DNA of 32,000 nucleotides from assembly GCA_047651235.1 (NCBI GenBank), contig CP178758.1, forward strand, positions 660,001-692,000, given 5' to 3'. Shown here one piece after another: positions 18,875-26,905 of this stretch. This DNA is from Candidatus Electrothrix yaqonensis. Its GTDB lineage: Bacteria > Desulfobacterota > Desulfobulbia > Desulfobulbales > Desulfobulbaceae. The position numbers and the translations under genes were made by a program. Position 1 is the stretch's first letter, and every line of letters begins with the position of its first letter. The notes under the pieces were generated by a model. That model ran no database searches. It was given only the letters and a program-made list of their open reading frames with translations, and had not been told where the DNA came from.

Positions 18875-19010
18875 GCTTTCCGGGTAGAACAGAGCCGGAA
18901 AGCTGATAAAGCCACAGCCGTCGTGAGACGGTGTCGGAAAACCACGGGTCTTCCTGAAGGAGACGGCCGGGTTACCTGCTTTCACTCTTATAATCGGAAG
19001 GTGTGTTATG
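18875..19010 (+). promoter_or_regulatory. Structured 5' leader RNA, copy 2 (riboswitch-like; GEMM-I-like core, class unconfirmed)
   Basis: Hairpins at 18875-18903, 18917-18932 (GUGA loop) and 18948-18964, plus conserved blocks identical or near-identical to copy 1. Ends at the SD (GGAAGG) and ATG 19008. Confidence 0.6.
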
Positions 19011-19172
19011 CAATTCACATCAGAAGTAATCCACAGAAGCTTTATCTCCGCAGCAGCTTTTTTGTTTGCTGCTTCTTTTGCCGCTCAGGCAGTCACCGTT
19101 AACGCTCAGTATCAGCGACTGGAATCAGGACAATTAATCCTTTTCCCTCCACGTACAGGTGGGCAATTATGA
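19008..19172 (+). CDS. Short ORF (54 aa) with a signal-peptide-like N-terminus
   Basis: MQFTSEVIHRSFISAAAFLFAASFAAQA|VTVNAQYQRLESGQLILFPPRTGGQL. SD GGAAGG 6 nt upstream. Below the 60-aa cutoff of the ORF track. Confidence 0.45.
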   Translation: MQFTSEVIHRSFISAAAFLFAASFAAQAVTVNAQYQRLESGQLILFPPRTGGQL

Positions 19173-19368
19173 AAAAGGATCATTCTCCAAAGGATTATTT
19201 CCATGAGACGCTGTTTTTAACCATGTTCTAATAAAGTATTTCTTGGTTGCCGGAAGGGAAATGCCAATAAAATTAGAACAGCATGTTGCTGTATCTTTTA
19301 ACGGGCGGGATTGCGCTGCTGTGTTCCCGTCTGCACAGAGTCAATACCATGAATAACGGAGGGTCACG

Positions 19369-20568
19369 ATGAAAAATGCAGTTGTTGCTTTAGGGTTCAG
19401 TGTGCTGCTGATAAGCCAGCCGGCTTTTTCTGCAGAAGAGGAGGCTCCAGTGTCAACGGCGGATACGGTGCTTCCTTCTTCAGGTTCTGAAGGAAAATTT
19501 TACGACCGTGAACAGCTCATACAAACGCTCCTCGGTGATTTAAATGAGGAGGAGGATGGTACCGAAGAAACTGCAGATGATTCCGGAGAGGTTGCGGATG
19601 GTACCGAGGAAGCTGCAGATGATTCCGGAGAGGTTGCGGATGGTACCGAAGAAGCTGCAGATGATTCCGGAGAGGTTGCGGATGGTACCGAGGAAGCTGC
19701 AGATGATTCCGGAGAGGTTGCGGATGGTACCGAAGAAGCTGCAGATGATTCCGGAGAGGTTGCGGATGGTACCGAAGAAGCTGCAGATGACTCCGGAGAG
19801 GTTACGGATGGTACCGAAGACGCTGCAGATGACTCCGGAGAGGTTACGGATGGTACTGAAGAAACTGCAGATGATTCCGGAGAAGTTACGGATGATTCCG
19901 GTGATCCGGATGCTGAACAGCCCACGCAAGAACAGATCACGGCTTTTGTTGAAAAATTGTCCGATGAACAGGTCTTTGCCCTCAACCGTTCTTTGAACAA
20001 TGCTGTAAACAATGGTCTGCCGATGGCATACGATAAAATCCTGGAAAAAATTGTTGAGGAGAACTATGACGGCAGGCAGATTAATGCGCTGACCAAAGCG
20101 TTGGAGGAGGATGCCAAATTCCAGGCCCTGTATGAGAAGACTGGCAATGCCAAGTTTCTGGAACGGGCAGAACAGCAGAAAGAGAAATTTCTGTCAAAAG
20201 TAGACAGATTCCGAAATGACGACATGGAGAGTCCGCTGACAGAAGAACTGCAGGATATGGCTCAGGATACAGTCAAAGATATCTCCAAGGAGACTGCCAG
20301 AGAGGCAGCAAGAGAGATGGCAAAGGAATCTGCCCAGGAAAGCGCAAAGCAGGCAGCCCATGATGCAGTTAAAGAAAGCATTAAGGATATTGTCAAAGCG
20401 ACAAAGAAGGAGACCGTTAAGATAAAGCAGGCGGAGAGGAAAGCTGCCAGAGAGGCAGCAAAAGCGGAGAAAGTGAAACCGGAAAAACCTGGAAAGCCGG
20501 AGAAAGTGAAGTCGAAGAAGGAAAAGCCGGAAAAACCGGAAAAGGCAGAGAAGTCAGAAAAGGAATAA
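19369..20568 (+). CDS. Secreted acidic tandem-repeat protein with a Lys/Glu-rich C-terminus
   Basis: 399 aa with GGAGGG SD and signal peptide MKNAVVALGFSVLLISQPAFSA. Eight DGTEE(A/T)ADDSGEV(A/T) units, a helical charged middle, and KPEKPEK-type tail repeats. Confidence 0.8.
   Translation: MKNAVVALGFSVLLISQPAFSAEEEAPVSTADTVLPSSGSEGKFYDREQLIQTLLGDLNEEEDGTEETADDSGEVADGTEEAADDSGEVADGTEEAADDSGEVADGTEEAADDSGEVADGTEEAADDSGEVADGTEEAADDSGEVTDGTEDAADDSGEVTDGTEETADDSGEVTDDSGDPDAEQPTQEQITAFVEKLSDEQVFALNRSLNNAVNNGLPMAYDKILEKIVEENYDGRQINALTKALEEDAKFQALYEKTGNAKFLERAEQQKEKFLSKVDRFRNDDMESPLTEELQDMAQDTVKDISKETAREAAREMAKESAQESAKQAAHDAVKESIKDIVKATKKETVKIKQAERKAAREAAKAEKVKPEKPGKPEKVKSKKEKPEKPEKAEKSEKE
19555..19905 (+). 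repeat. In-frame 42-bp tandem repeat, 8 full copies plus a partial copy
   Basis: Units 19555-19596, 19597-19638, ... 19849-19890 are near-identical. Copies 2-5 alternate ACCGAGGAA / ACCGAAGAA. Confidence 0.9.
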
Positions 20569-20698
20569 GGGCAGATCAATAGACTTCCTGCAAATCCAAA
20601 AAAAAAACGTCTCGCAACTTGCTGATATAACCTATTTTTAAAGAGCGGAAAGCTGAGTTTTGCAGGAGGTCTAATCTATTACAGCAGGCAGGAGGAGT

Positions 20699-22210
20699 AT
20701 GATGAACACAAATACAGCAAACAGCCTGAAGAGGAGTGTTCCGCAATGGGTCCTACTCCTCCTGCTTGCCTTTATGGCAAGTACGGTAAGTACAGCTTGG
20801 GCTGCAGCGGATGAACAGACGGCATTTGAACGGGGATTGGCATTGTTCAGAAATGGAGACCTCAAAAATGCACAGCAGGCCTTTGAGGATTCAGTTCAGG
20901 TGACCCCTGATAATGCGGAAGCATATTTTTATCTCGGCTTAACCTGTACACGCCTGCATGATTATGCCGACGCTGTATCGGCCCTTGAAAAGGCCCATAC
21001 TCTTGATCCTGCCCTGCCGGGTGCGCAGCTGAACTTGGCAATCAGTTATTATAAACTGAAGGAATATGAACCCGCCCTGACAACCCTGCAGCAGGTCCTG
21101 GCGAAAGATCCTGAAAGCGGCGAAGCCAATCTTTTTACAGGGCTTGCGTTACAGGGGCAGGAGCAGTTCAGTGAATCAATCCCGTATCTGAACCAGGCTA
21201 TCCTGCTCGATCCCGACTATGCCCAGATGGGACTGTATTACATAGGGCTTGCTCGATACCGGACCGGACAGCGTCCGCTCGCCCGGGAGGCCCTGCAGCA
21301 GTCTGTTGCCATTGATCCGACATCTGAAATCGGGAAGATGGCAGCAGAGCTTTCAGCTGTACAGCAGGAAGGTAAGCGGCCTGGTAAAAGATGGCGGATG
21401 CGGGCGGAACTCGGCTATGAGTACAATGACAATCTGACTGTGGAACAGACAGATACGGTCTCGGATGAGGCAGATCATGCCGCTGTTGTTGAGGTCGGCG
21501 GAAGCCTGAAGCTGCTGGAGCAGCCGATTGAAGCTGAAATAAGCTATGATTTTTATCAGAGCCTGTACACCGAATATTCTCAGTTTAATATGCAGTCGCA
21601 CCGGGCCGGAATTTCAGCTGGTCACGATTTCGAGAGCTGGAATGTGAGTCTCGGTTACGATTATACGTATATCTTTCTGGATAGTGACGAATTCATGCAG
21701 ACGCAGAGCGTCATGCCCTCGATAGGCTTCTCTTTTGCCGACCTGTACGCTGACCTGGGATATACGCTGCAGGTGAAAGACTTTCTACAGGATGAAGATG
21801 ATGACAGGGATGCCCTGAATCATTCAGGAGGAGTCAATCTCTTTCTCTTTTCCCTGAAGAAGATAGATATGGTACAGATCGGGATTCGGTATGAACAGGA
21901 AGATGCCGAAGATGACGAGCTGGATTATATTGGGCCGGTTGTGACCGGTTCACTGCGTTTCACTGTGCCGTGGGGCATCACGGTCCGTCCTTCCTATAAA
22001 TATCATCTGAAAAGTTACGATGACATGATCCTGGATACAGGGGAAAAACGGGAGGACACCAAGCAGACCTTTGCCTTAACGATAAGCAAAAAGCTGCCTT
22101 ACGGACTGAAGCTGCAATGCGGCTATAAGTATATTGACAGCGATTCCGAGTATCAGCCGACTGACTATACAGAAAATACAGTCTTTGCAGGGTTAAGTTA
22201 CTCGTTGTGA
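20699..22210 (+). CDS. Outer-membrane protein: signal peptide + TPR domain + C-terminal beta-barrel (Slam/DUF560-like architecture, unverified)
   Basis: 503 aa with AGGAGGAG SD and signal peptide ending AWA|AADEQ. About 5 TPR-like units (aa 40-210). The C-terminal ~270 aa have an alternating amphipathic strand pattern (ELGYEYNDNLTV ... VFAGLSYSL). Confidence 0.75.
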   Translation: MMNTNTANSLKRSVPQWVLLLLLAFMASTVSTAWAAADEQTAFERGLALFRNGDLKNAQQAFEDSVQVTPDNAEAYFYLGLTCTRLHDYADAVSALEKAHTLDPALPGAQLNLAISYYKLKEYEPALTTLQQVLAKDPESGEANLFTGLALQGQEQFSESIPYLNQAILLDPDYAQMGLYYIGLARYRTGQRPLAREALQQSVAIDPTSEIGKMAAELSAVQQEGKRPGKRWRMRAELGYEYNDNLTVEQTDTVSDEADHAAVVEVGGSLKLLEQPIEAEISYDFYQSLYTEYSQFNMQSHRAGISAGHDFESWNVSLGYDYTYIFLDSDEFMQTQSVMPSIGFSFADLYADLGYTLQVKDFLQDEDDDRDALNHSGGVNLFLFSLKKIDMVQIGIRYEQEDAEDDELDYIGPVVTGSLRFTVPWGITVRPSYKYHLKSYDDMILDTGEKREDTKQTFALTISKKLPYGLKLQCGYKYIDSDSEYQPTDYTENTVFAGLSYSL

Positions 22211-22232
22211 AGACAGCTGTAGACAACTTGTA

Positions 22233-22251
22233 CCCGGCGGCATTCGCCGGG
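22233..22251. terminator. Hairpin between convergent genes (possible bidirectional terminator)
   Basis: CCCGGCG-GCAUU-CGCCGGG. Only weak U/A tracts flank it. Confidence 0.35.
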
Positions 22252-22282
22252 TATACTGTCCTCTCCTGATGACCTCAATCCT

Positions 22283-23212
22283 TCATTCCCCCGCCATCAG
22301 CTCTGTACTTAAATACCGCTCACCTGTATCCGGCAGCACAACCACGATTTGTTTACCCTGATTTTCCGGTCGGGAAGCAATCTTCAAAGCAGCGGCAGCA
22401 GCAGCACCGGATGAAATGCCGCAGAGGATTCCTTCCTGCCGGGCCAGGTTCCGGGCTGCTGTCATGGCCTCTTCATTGCTGACCTGTACCACCTCGTCAA
22501 GAAGCTGCTGCTCCAGGATTGCCGGAATAAACCCGGCTCCGATCCCCTGAATTTTATGCGGTCCCGGATTACCGCCGGACAACACCGGAGAGTCAGCGGG
22601 TTCCACGGCTACAAGCTGAATCTCCGGGTTCTGTTCCTTCAGAAATCTGCCTGCCCCGGTGATCGTGCCGCCGGTCCCCACTCCGGCTACAAAAATATCC
22701 ACCTTTCCATCGCTCTGCTCCCAAATCTCCGGCCCGGTAGTCCGGTAATGCATAGCAGGATTGGCCGGGTTTTCAAATTGATTGGGCATCCAGCTCGATT
22801 TGTATTCCTGCAGCAGTTCCTGAGCACGGGCGATGGCGCCTTTCATGCCTTCAGTTCCCGGGGTCAGGACAAGTTCTGTACCAAGATAGGTGAGCAGTTT
22901 TCGTCGCTCCAAGCTCATAGTTTCCGGCATGGTCAGAATCAACTTATACCCCCGGCTGGCACAGACAAAGGCTAAGCCGATACCGGTATTGCCTGAAGTC
23001 GGTTCGATAATTACAGTTTCCGGGAAAAGCAGGCCGTCTGCTTCGGCCGTATCCAGCATGGCTGCGGCAATCCGGTCCTTCACGCTGCCCAGCGGATTAG
23101 CGGATTCAAGTTTGACCGCCACCTCGGCCGCACAGTCGGCACTGAATCTGTTGAGCCGCACTATCGGGGTATTGCCCACACTGCGGGATAGATTCTCAAA
23201 AATCTGCATCAT
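22283..23212 (-). CDS. cysK: Cysteine synthase A (O-acetylserine sulfhydrylase)
   Basis: Start at ATG 23212 (AGGAGG SD 6 nt upstream). [19 protein letters not shown] (PLP lysine), [20 protein letters not shown]. Confidence 0.93.
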   Translation of the reverse strand: MMQIFENLSRSVGNTPIVRLNRFSADCAAEVAVKLESANPLGSVKDRIAAAMLDTAEADGLLFPETVIIEPTSGNTGIGLAFVCASRGYKLILTMPETMSLERRKLLTYLGTELVLTPGTEGMKGAIARAQELLQEYKSSWMPNQFENPANPAMHYRTTGPEIWEQSDGKVDIFVAGVGTGGTITGAGRFLKEQNPEIQLVAVEPADSPVLSGGNPGPHKIQGIGAGFIPAILEQQLLDEVVQVSNEEAMTAARNLARQEGILCGISSGAAAAAALKIASRPENQGKQIVVVLPDTGERYLSTELMAGE

Positions 23213-24185
23213 GCTTTCCTCCTTTTTCTTTTTTCCCGGCACCGCGATACACCAGTTCCGGCTCTTTAAGAAGCACTCTGGTATCCGGCCCGATACTCCT
23301 CGTCAGCCAGACATTACCGCCCACAACGGATCGGGCACCGACCACGGTATCGCCGCCCAGAATGGTTGCGTTGGCATAAATAATAACGTCATCCTCAATA
23401 GTCGGGTGCCGTTTGGTATTCCTGAGTTTCCTACCTGCGTCTTTGGGCAGAGAAAGAGCACCAAGGGTCACGCCCTGATAGAGCCGGACCCGGTTACCGA
23501 TGAGGCAGGTTGCCCCGACCACCACACCTGCACCGTGGTCAATAAAGAAAGAATCCCCAATCTCGGCTCCGGGATGAATATCAATGGTTGTAAGATGGTA
23601 GGCATATTCGCTCATAATCCGGGGCAGCAGCGGAACTTCCAGCTCAACCAGTCTGTGAGCCAGCCGATAGACCAGGATAGCGAACAGACCGGGATAGCTG
23701 AAGATCACCTCATCCACATTACTGGCTGCCGGATCTCCCTCAAGTGCTGCGTTGATATCTGTTTCCAGCTTTTCCCTGATCTCCGGCAGCGAGCGGACAA
23801 ACTGACCAGCCAGTTCATGGCTGCGCTCGCCGCACAGGGAACAGGGGCGACTATGCCGGAAACAGTCATGCCGGATCGCCGAATTCAGCTGTCGCGTCAG
23901 GCTCTTATAGAAATCCGTCAGATGATGGCCAAGATGATACTCCAGACCGGACGGGTGGAGCATGGTGGCACCGAAATAGCCGGGAAAGAGGATCCGCCGG
24001 GCCTGCAGAATCAACTCCACTACTTCCTTTTTTGAAGGAATGGTTACCGGTTCAATATGGCTGGACCATTTCCGGGAGGTGAAGCCGGTGACCATCCGGC
24101 TGACTACAGAGGGAATAAAATCCCCCGGTCCGGGCGGCTGTACAGCTGAGTCACATTGACAGGTTGCGGCTTCTTGTTTGCTCAT
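23196..24185 (-). CDS. cysE: Serine O-acetyltransferase (long form)
   Basis: 329 aa with a left-handed beta-helix hexapeptide region ([41 protein letters not shown]...[20 protein letters not shown]). The stop overlaps the cysK start by 17 nt. Confidence 0.9.
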   Translation of the reverse strand: MSKQEAATCQCDSAVQPPGPGDFIPSVVSRMVTGFTSRKWSSHIEPVTIPSKKEVVELILQARRILFPGYFGATMLHPSGLEYHLGHHLTDFYKSLTRQLNSAIRHDCFRHSRPCSLCGERSHELAGQFVRSLPEIREKLETDINAALEGDPAASNVDEVIFSYPGLFAILVYRLAHRLVELEVPLLPRIMSEYAYHLTTIDIHPGAEIGDSFFIDHGAGVVVGATCLIGNRVRLYQGVTLGALSLPKDAGRKLRNTKRHPTIEDDVIIYANATILGGDTVVGARSVVGGNVWLTRSIGPDTRVLLKEPELVYRGAGKKEKGGKHDADF

Positions 24186-24324
24186 TGCGGCATTACCTCA
24201 GTGTGGGACAATTTCTCTGTCAAAGGAAACACAGTCAAATCAAAAAGTCAACAGTAACCGCCTATATTTTTTGGATGCAGGCCGACCCGGGAAAACAAAG
24301 AGCTTTCGTTTTTTTTCTATTTTC

Positions 24325-24338
24325 TTGACATGCGTCAA
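24325..24338. promoter_or_regulatory. CRP/FNR-family-type palindrome TTGAC-N4-GTCAA upstream of hcp (HcpR/FNR-like operator candidate)
   Basis: Perfect inverted repeat TTGACATGCGTCAA, about 95 nt upstream of the hcp ATG in the cysE-hcp divergent region. -10-like hexamers lie 25-45 nt downstream. Confidence 0.45.
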
Positions 24339-24426
24339 AGAATGTGTGAGGTACATGGTGGTATGGTATGCGTATACAATAACGAATGATGTTTAACGCA
24401 CAATAAAAAAAACTGGGGGAATTATT

Positions 24427-26058
24427 ATGTTTTGTAATCAATGTGAACAGACTGCGCAGGGAACAGGATGTACGAAGGTCGGTGTATGCGGCAAAAACGG
24501 GCAGGTCGCGGATACTGAGGACGTACTTATCTACGCGCTCTGCGGCATGGCCCTGTTTGCCAACGAAGCCAGGCAGAAAGGCATCGTTGACGAGCAGCTT
24601 GACCGCTTCACAATGGAGGCTATTTTCTCCACCCTGACCAATGTCAATTTTGACCCGGAACGTTTTGTCGGCCTGATCAGCAGGACTGTGGAACTGCGTG
24701 AGTCGTTGAAGGAAAAAATCACAGAGGCAGGCGGTAATACGGATTTTGCCCATCCGGCAGCCTCCTTCACCCCGGCGGATTCAGTGGACGGACTGGCTGC
24801 GCAGGGTGTGGAGCTCCAGTTCATCCCAAATCTGGACAGCGATGAAAACGTCCGTTCCCTCAAACAGACCCTGCTCTACGGTCTGAAAGGTATTGCTGCC
24901 TACACCGACCATGCTGCCATCTTAGGACAGACAGACCCGGCCATTGCCGGGTTCATGTACGAGGCCCTGTCCGCCCTGCTTGCCGACAACCTGACCATTG
25001 ATGCCTGCGTGCCGGTTGCCCTGAAGGCCGGGGAGATAAACCTGCGGGCAATGGAGCTGCTGGATGCAGGCAACACTGGGACTTACGGCCATCCGGTGCC
25101 CACCTCTGTGCCCTTGGGACATCGGAAAAACAAGTGCATCCTGATCACCGGTCATGACCTGCGCGATCTTGAGCTGCTGCTTCAGCAGACCGAAGGCAAG
25201 GGCATTGATGTCTACACCCACGGCGAGATGCTGCCCTGTCACGGCTATCCGGAGCTGAAAAAATACGACCATTTCTACGGCCATTTCGGTACAGCTTGGC
25301 AGAATCAGCACAAGGAGTTCCCGGAGTTCCCCGGCCCGGTGCTGTTCACCACCAACTGCATCCAGAAGCCCAAGGATGAGTATAAAGACCGTATCTTCAC
25401 CACCGGTCTGGTGGGCTGGCCCGGCGTCACCCACATTGCAAAGAAGGATTTCAGTCCGGTGATCGACAAGGCCCTGGCAATGGACGGCTGGCAGGATGAT
25501 GTAGATAACGGCTCGGTAATGGTCGGGTTTGCCCGCAACGCAGTCTTGAGCGTGGCCGATAAGGTGATCGAAGCGGTCAAGGGCAAGCAGATCCGGCATT
25601 TCTTCCTGGTCGGCGGCTGCGACGGGGCCAAGCCGGGCCGGGATTACTACACCCGCTTTGTCGAGCAGGTGCCGGATGACTGCATGGTATTGACTTTGGC
25701 CTGCGGCAAATTCCGCTTCTTTGATAAAGACCTGGGCAATATCGGCGGCATTCCGCGCCTGCTCGATGTGGGCCAGTGCAATGACGCCTATTCCGCCATC
25801 CAGATCGCTGTGGCCTTGGCCGGAGCCTTTGAATGCGAGGTCAATGATCTGCCTCTGTCCATGATTATTTCCTGGTACGAACAGAAGGCTGCGGCCATTC
25901 TGCTGACCTTGCTCTATCTCGGTATCAAGGATATTCGCCTCGGGCCGTCCCTGCCTGCCTTCATCAGCCCGCCGATTCTGGATTTCCTGGTGGCAACCTT
26001 TAATATCAAACCGATTGCAGAAACACCGGAGGAGGATCTGGAGGCGATTTTGGGATAA
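24427..26058 (+). CDS. hcp: Hybrid cluster protein / hydroxylamine reductase
   Basis: 543 aa with the N-terminal Cys motif MFCNQCEQTAQGTGCTKVGVCGK and conserved blocks (ILITGHDL, FGTAWQNQ, GGCDG, LACGKFRF, GQCNDAYSAI). Confidence 0.95.
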   Translation: MFCNQCEQTAQGTGCTKVGVCGKNGQVADTEDVLIYALCGMALFANEARQKGIVDEQLDRFTMEAIFSTLTNVNFDPERFVGLISRTVELRESLKEKITEAGGNTDFAHPAASFTPADSVDGLAAQGVELQFIPNLDSDENVRSLKQTLLYGLKGIAAYTDHAAILGQTDPAIAGFMYEALSALLADNLTIDACVPVALKAGEINLRAMELLDAGNTGTYGHPVPTSVPLGHRKNKCILITGHDLRDLELLLQQTEGKGIDVYTHGEMLPCHGYPELKKYDHFYGHFGTAWQNQHKEFPEFPGPVLFTTNCIQKPKDEYKDRIFTTGLVGWPGVTHIAKKDFSPVIDKALAMDGWQDDVDNGSVMVGFARNAVLSVADKVIEAVKGKQIRHFFLVGGCDGAKPGRDYYTRFVEQVPDDCMVLTLACGKFRFFDKDLGNIGGIPRLLDVGQCNDAYSAIQIAVALAGAFECEVNDLPLSMIISWYEQKAAAILLTLLYLGIKDIRLGPSLPAFISPPILDFLVATFNIKPIAETPEEDLEAILG

Positions 26059-26066
26059 CGGATCGC

Positions 26067-26127
26067 GTAGGGGCAGACTTGTGTGTCTGCCCGGTATGAA
26101 AGGGCGAACACGCGGGTTCGCCCCTAC
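26067..26127. repeat. Nested palindromic (REP-like) intergenic element
   Basis: Hairpins GGGCAGAC-UUGUGU-GUCUGCCC (26071-26092) and GGGCGAAC-ACGCGG-GUUCGCCC (26102-26123), enclosed by GTAGGGGC (26067-26074) / GCCCCTAC (26120-26127). Confidence 0.5.
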
Positions 26128-26141
26128 AGGAGGAGGACACC

Positions 26142-26885
26142 ATGCAATGCCCGGGACAGGACAGCCGTTACTGGAGCGGCGAGGATGTATTTGAGAGCAA
26201 ATGCCAGAAATGCGGTCATCCCGTTGAATTTTTTAAGGATGACAGTCAGCAGAAATGCCGGAACTGCGGCTACAGGATGCTGAACCCGAAAATAGATTTC
26301 GGCTGCGCTTCCTATTGCCCTCATGCGGAACAATGTCTGGGTTCCATGCCGCCGGAACTGCTGGCTAACCGGGGCGATCTGTTCAAAGACCGGGTTGCGG
26401 CTGCCATGCGCCGCTATTTCGGCAGCGACAGCCGCCGTATCCGTCACGCCGAGGCTGTGGCCGAGCAGGCTGAAATCATCGGCAGACAGCAGGATGACGG
26501 GGACATGATGGTCATCATGGCTGCTGCCTGTCTGCATGACATCGGCATCCGGGAGGCAGAGCGCAAGTTTGACTCCTCGGCTGCCCGCTATCAGCACAGC
26601 GAAGGACCGCCGGTAGCTCGGGAAATTCTGACCCAACTCAAAGCAAAGCCGGAGTTGATCGATGAGGTCTGCGATATCATCGGCCATCATCATGCTCCAC
26701 GGGATGAGGAAACGACCAATTTTAAGGTGCTCTATGATGCCGATCTGATCGTCAATAAGACTGAGCTGTATCAGAAAAAAGCACCGACTCAGGAACAGCT
26801 GGATAAATTGGCAGCCTTATTTTTAACCAAAGCCGGGGCAGAACAGGCAAAGGCTGCTCTGCAGAAATTTGTCCGCAAAAACTGA
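26142..26885 (+). CDS. Zinc-ribbon + HD-domain phosphohydrolase
   Basis: 247 aa with N-terminal CxxC pairs (CQKCGHP...CRNCGY), HD motif AACLHDIG and distal GHHH...YDADL. AGGAGGAGG SD. Confidence 0.8.
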   Translation: MQCPGQDSRYWSGEDVFESKCQKCGHPVEFFKDDSQQKCRNCGYRMLNPKIDFGCASYCPHAEQCLGSMPPELLANRGDLFKDRVAAAMRRYFGSDSRRIRHAEAVAEQAEIIGRQQDDGDMMVIMAAACLHDIGIREAERKFDSSAARYQHSEGPPVAREILTQLKAKPELIDEVCDIIGHHHAPRDEETTNFKVLYDADLIVNKTELYQKKAPTQEQLDKLAALFLTKAGAEQAKAALQKFVRKN

Positions 26886-26905
26886 ACAGTGACAGGATAG
26901 ATTCC

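Noticed and set aside
18749-19018. 89-aa minus-strand ORF covering leader RNA copy 2. An analogous plus-strand ORF (11157-11345) covers copy 1.
   Set aside because: The two copies differ by stem-compensating substitutions and loop-length changes that do not preserve any reading frame. There is no SD. An RNA element explains the conservation better.
19500-20012. Possible CRISPR-like array, or separate genes, in the 42-bp repeat region (three extra ORFs of 129-170 aa).
   Set aside because: The repeats are contiguous with no unique spacers. They are in frame within a signal-peptide-bearing 399-aa ORF. The other ORFs are repeat shadows.
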